Notes under the pieces: generated by a model | Seen by the model: only the letters and a program-made list of their open reading frames with translations | Told to the model about the DNA's origin: nothing | The model's database searches: none | From: the human T2T-CHM13v2.0 reference genome, Homo sapiens | NCBI RefSeq assembly: GCF_009914755.1 | Contig: NC_060927.1 | Length of the DNA: 64,000 nucleotides | Direction: 5' to 3' (one strand) | Program-made: the position numbers and the translations under genes | Part shown: positions 61,438-64,000 of the stretch, piece by piece | Layout: each line of letters opens with the position of its first letter | Numbering within the stretch: position 1 is the first letter of the stretch

Positions 61438-62254
61438 GAAACTATTAGGAAAGCATAATCTTTAAGTGGCAATAAATTAAAAACTATCTTTAATGATGAT
61501 ATCTCTTCTTTTTTTTTCCGGTCTCTTTCGTAGTTTAGAAAGAAACACTGGCAAACCACTTTAAAATAAATCATCTTTCACTTATAACTTCTATGGCTAG
61601 TTTATGTCTTAGAAATCTAAAATATGCATGTAGTAGCTTGAAATGGCACATAAAGCACAGAACCTATATAAGTTTAGAAAACTGAATTAAAATGATAAAA
61701 TCAGGTACCAACAACAGGTCTTTTTATAGAGCTTCATGCATGGTAGGTATTCGATAAATGTTCTAATGAATGAAAGAAGGAATAAGTAAATGATGAATGT
61801 AAAAAAAAAACTTTATATTTGCTAAATCACCTGAAATTTATATTTAAAACATAGGACGTAGTTGATGAAAAATCTAGTTAATCATTCTGATAAATCATAT
61901 TCCTTAAATCAATCAGTTTACTCAAGGTCTAATTTAGTAGCAGAGCCTTGAATTGTAACCCTGTCTCTGCTAATAACTGGGCTTCTGATAAATCTGCGTT
62001 ATCTCTCAGGGTTTCTTCTGCTTTGAAATGCTGATCTTAATTTCTAAAGTAAACAAGAATTGAAATAGATTCTATGGGTCTTTGTTAAATCACATATTCA
62101 TATATATACTTTATGATTAATATTAAAAGGTAATAAGTATATGAGTTGACATGTCACTAAATTATGCTTTATATCTTACTTCTGATACATTTTTTCTCAC
62201 AAATTAATTTCTTGTATTTAGGAATGCTGATTTTATTTCAAAGTTTAGCCCTGA

Positions 62255-62385
62255 TGAGGAACCAACCTCAGTTTGTTCATTTGTAAAAGAGCTATTAGGA
62301 GGATTAAAAGAGTTCATAAATATTAAATGTTTACAAAGCTCCTGGCACATAGTAAGTGCTCAATAAATGCTATTATTATCATAAT
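62255..62385 (+). mobile_element. MIR SINE
   Basis: aacctcagtttgttcatttgtaaaa...cctggcacatagtaagtgctcaataaatg. Confidence 0.8.
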
Positions 62386-62643
62386 TAATGGCTGCCAAAT
62401 ACTCTTCTAAATCTTCTTTAAGATACTACTAGATTTCTAGAAGATGGTGAGGTAGAATATATTTTTTTAAAGGCCTAGCATAGTGCCTAGCATAGTTAGT
62501 TGCCCTCTAAATTAAAAAAAAAATTCTATCATCTTACATAAATAGATGTCAGTAGAAGTCATACTAATGTGCCTGTTTATGAGACATAAAAGCAGAACTT
62601 TGAGTACAAAATGTTAAGTTTCAATATTAAAAATATTACTTAC

Positions 62644-62737
62644 GGCTTTGCTTATTCTCCTTTGGTAACTGAATTTTGTTTGTTTGGCTGCTGCCTTCCA
62701 GGACAAACACAAAACTTTTAACTTCTTTATCAAACTC
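62644..62737 (-). CDS. CFAP20DC: CFAP20DC internal coding exon, probably exon 3: [31 protein letters not shown]+1 nt
   Basis: ttttcattttgttctatag|GAGTTTGAT...CAAAGCC|gtaagt. 94 nt, phase 0/1, continues the frame of the previous exon. Confidence 0.95.
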
Positions 62738-63579
62738 CTATAGAACAAAATGAAAACAGTAGTTATCACAGGATATTTTATTTGGCTTCTACTATAAAAT
62801 TGAAACTTCAGATCTACAGGGAAAAAAAAATCCCATATTCAAATAACTTAAAAGCAGGCTCAGGCCTTAGTACTTTTATTCCAAGACTTGCTGGGAACTA
62901 GAATACGGAGGCATGGTGAAAGGACAAAGAGCAAGGGCATTCAAGGTGTGGACTGGAAAGTGACTGAAATTATGGATGATGGATTCTGGGCTGGAGAGAA
63001 AAGGGAGATAAATAAAATAAATAAATAAATTAATTAAATCAATAAATAAAGCAAAACAAAACACAGGAAAAGTAGAACAGTCAATGGCCTAAAGTTCCCA
63101 ATGAAGTTGAAGAAGAGAGTGGAGTAATTGAGCAAGCGACCTTAAGAATAAAGATTGGGATCAGAAAGGGACATTTTAATGTCTCAGTAACTTCAGAGGT
63201 CCTATAGTTTGTGGTGACAGGGAGCAGGGTAAGACAGTAGGGATGAATGCTGAAGTAGAGCGGAAGAGGTTGTTAAAGATGAAGAAATCAAGAAACTGAG
63301 AAGCCCAGGACTAGGAGAGATTTTTCTTACAGATACTGAAGTCATCTAAAATGATACACAGCAGGGCATGGAGTACATAGAAGGGTTATGACCTGTGTGC
63401 CAAAGTCTTAGACAACTGAAGAGTGGTGTCCAGGACAGCTGCAGCCAACAATGTCATGAAAGGGTTTTGGAGTGAAAGAACAGGAAAAACAGCTCTGAAA
63501 TTTGATCACGCCCTTTCTTCTATAAGCTTCACTCACATTTCTTCCCCTGATTTATGTGGCTCTAATTTCTAATACTTAC

Positions 63580-63669
63580 TTTCCAAATCACAGATGGACT
63601 ACCAAGGATCTTCCATTTTGCTCCAGGATTTTTTCCTTGAGCACTGAAAATTTCAACAAATGCACCTCC
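63580..63669 (-). CDS. CFAP20DC: CFAP20DC (C3orf67) internal coding exon, probably exon 2: [30 protein letters not shown]
   Basis: Minus strand reads ttttattttcattttctag|GGAGGTGCA...TGGAAA|gtaagt. 90 nt, 30 codons, phase 0/0, no stops. The peptide matches my recollection of the N-terminal CFA20 domain of CFAP20DC. Confidence 0.95.
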
Positions 63670-64000
63670 CTAGAAAATGAAAATAAAATATTAAAAGACA
63701 ATGCTAACGAGGAAGTATTATCCACCACATAGTCTATAACCAGTGTTCCCGGCATCTGTCAGTTAAGCTGATCTGGGATGAAACATTCTCCCTGTTATTA
63801 CTCCTACTTTATACCTTGATTGTATCTAAACCACAACCATTCTGATTTGGATCACCTTGGATTAATGGTTTAAAGAATCTGTTTTTAAAGCATGACAAAC
63901 ATTAAATCAATTGTGCCATACAAACCCTACAGTATCTCAGTGGGGGACTCGTTTACTTGACACATACAGATCATTCTTGCAAAACATTTTATGTTTTACA

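Noticed and set aside
63670-64000. Search for the CFAP20DC first exon or promoter
   Set aside because: No CpG island or start exon visible. It must lie beyond the right edge of the window.

Overview
This is AT-rich, repeat-dense primate genomic DNA, most likely human (Alu, L1PA, MIR, L2, MER and MLT elements). It is not microbial and contains no CRISPR arrays, rRNA or tRNA. The only real coding sequence I can support is three short minus-strand GT-AG exons that the ORF track misses: 63580-63669, 62644-62737 and 55972-56044. They splice in frame to [85 protein letters not shown](L), the N-terminal CFA20/DUF667 domain of CFAP20DC (C3orf67). Positions 1-55971 are one very long intron of that gene. 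Nearly all listed ORFs are L1, Alu or LTR fragments, or chance ORFs. The most notable unannotated-looking structure is a full-length L1PA7-like element that appears to carry a ~480-bp 3' transduction. The evidence is a Tigger1 fragment cut exactly at an AATAAA plus A-run, with the TSD lying beyond it. Other observations: a near-perfect 138-bp tandem duplication, several template-switch-like scars, a TSD-less nested L1PA, and candidate cryptic or antisense exons. I see no evidence for a genuinely new biological system. Repeat subfamily names come from recalled consensus sequences, and boundaries of old repeats are approximate.
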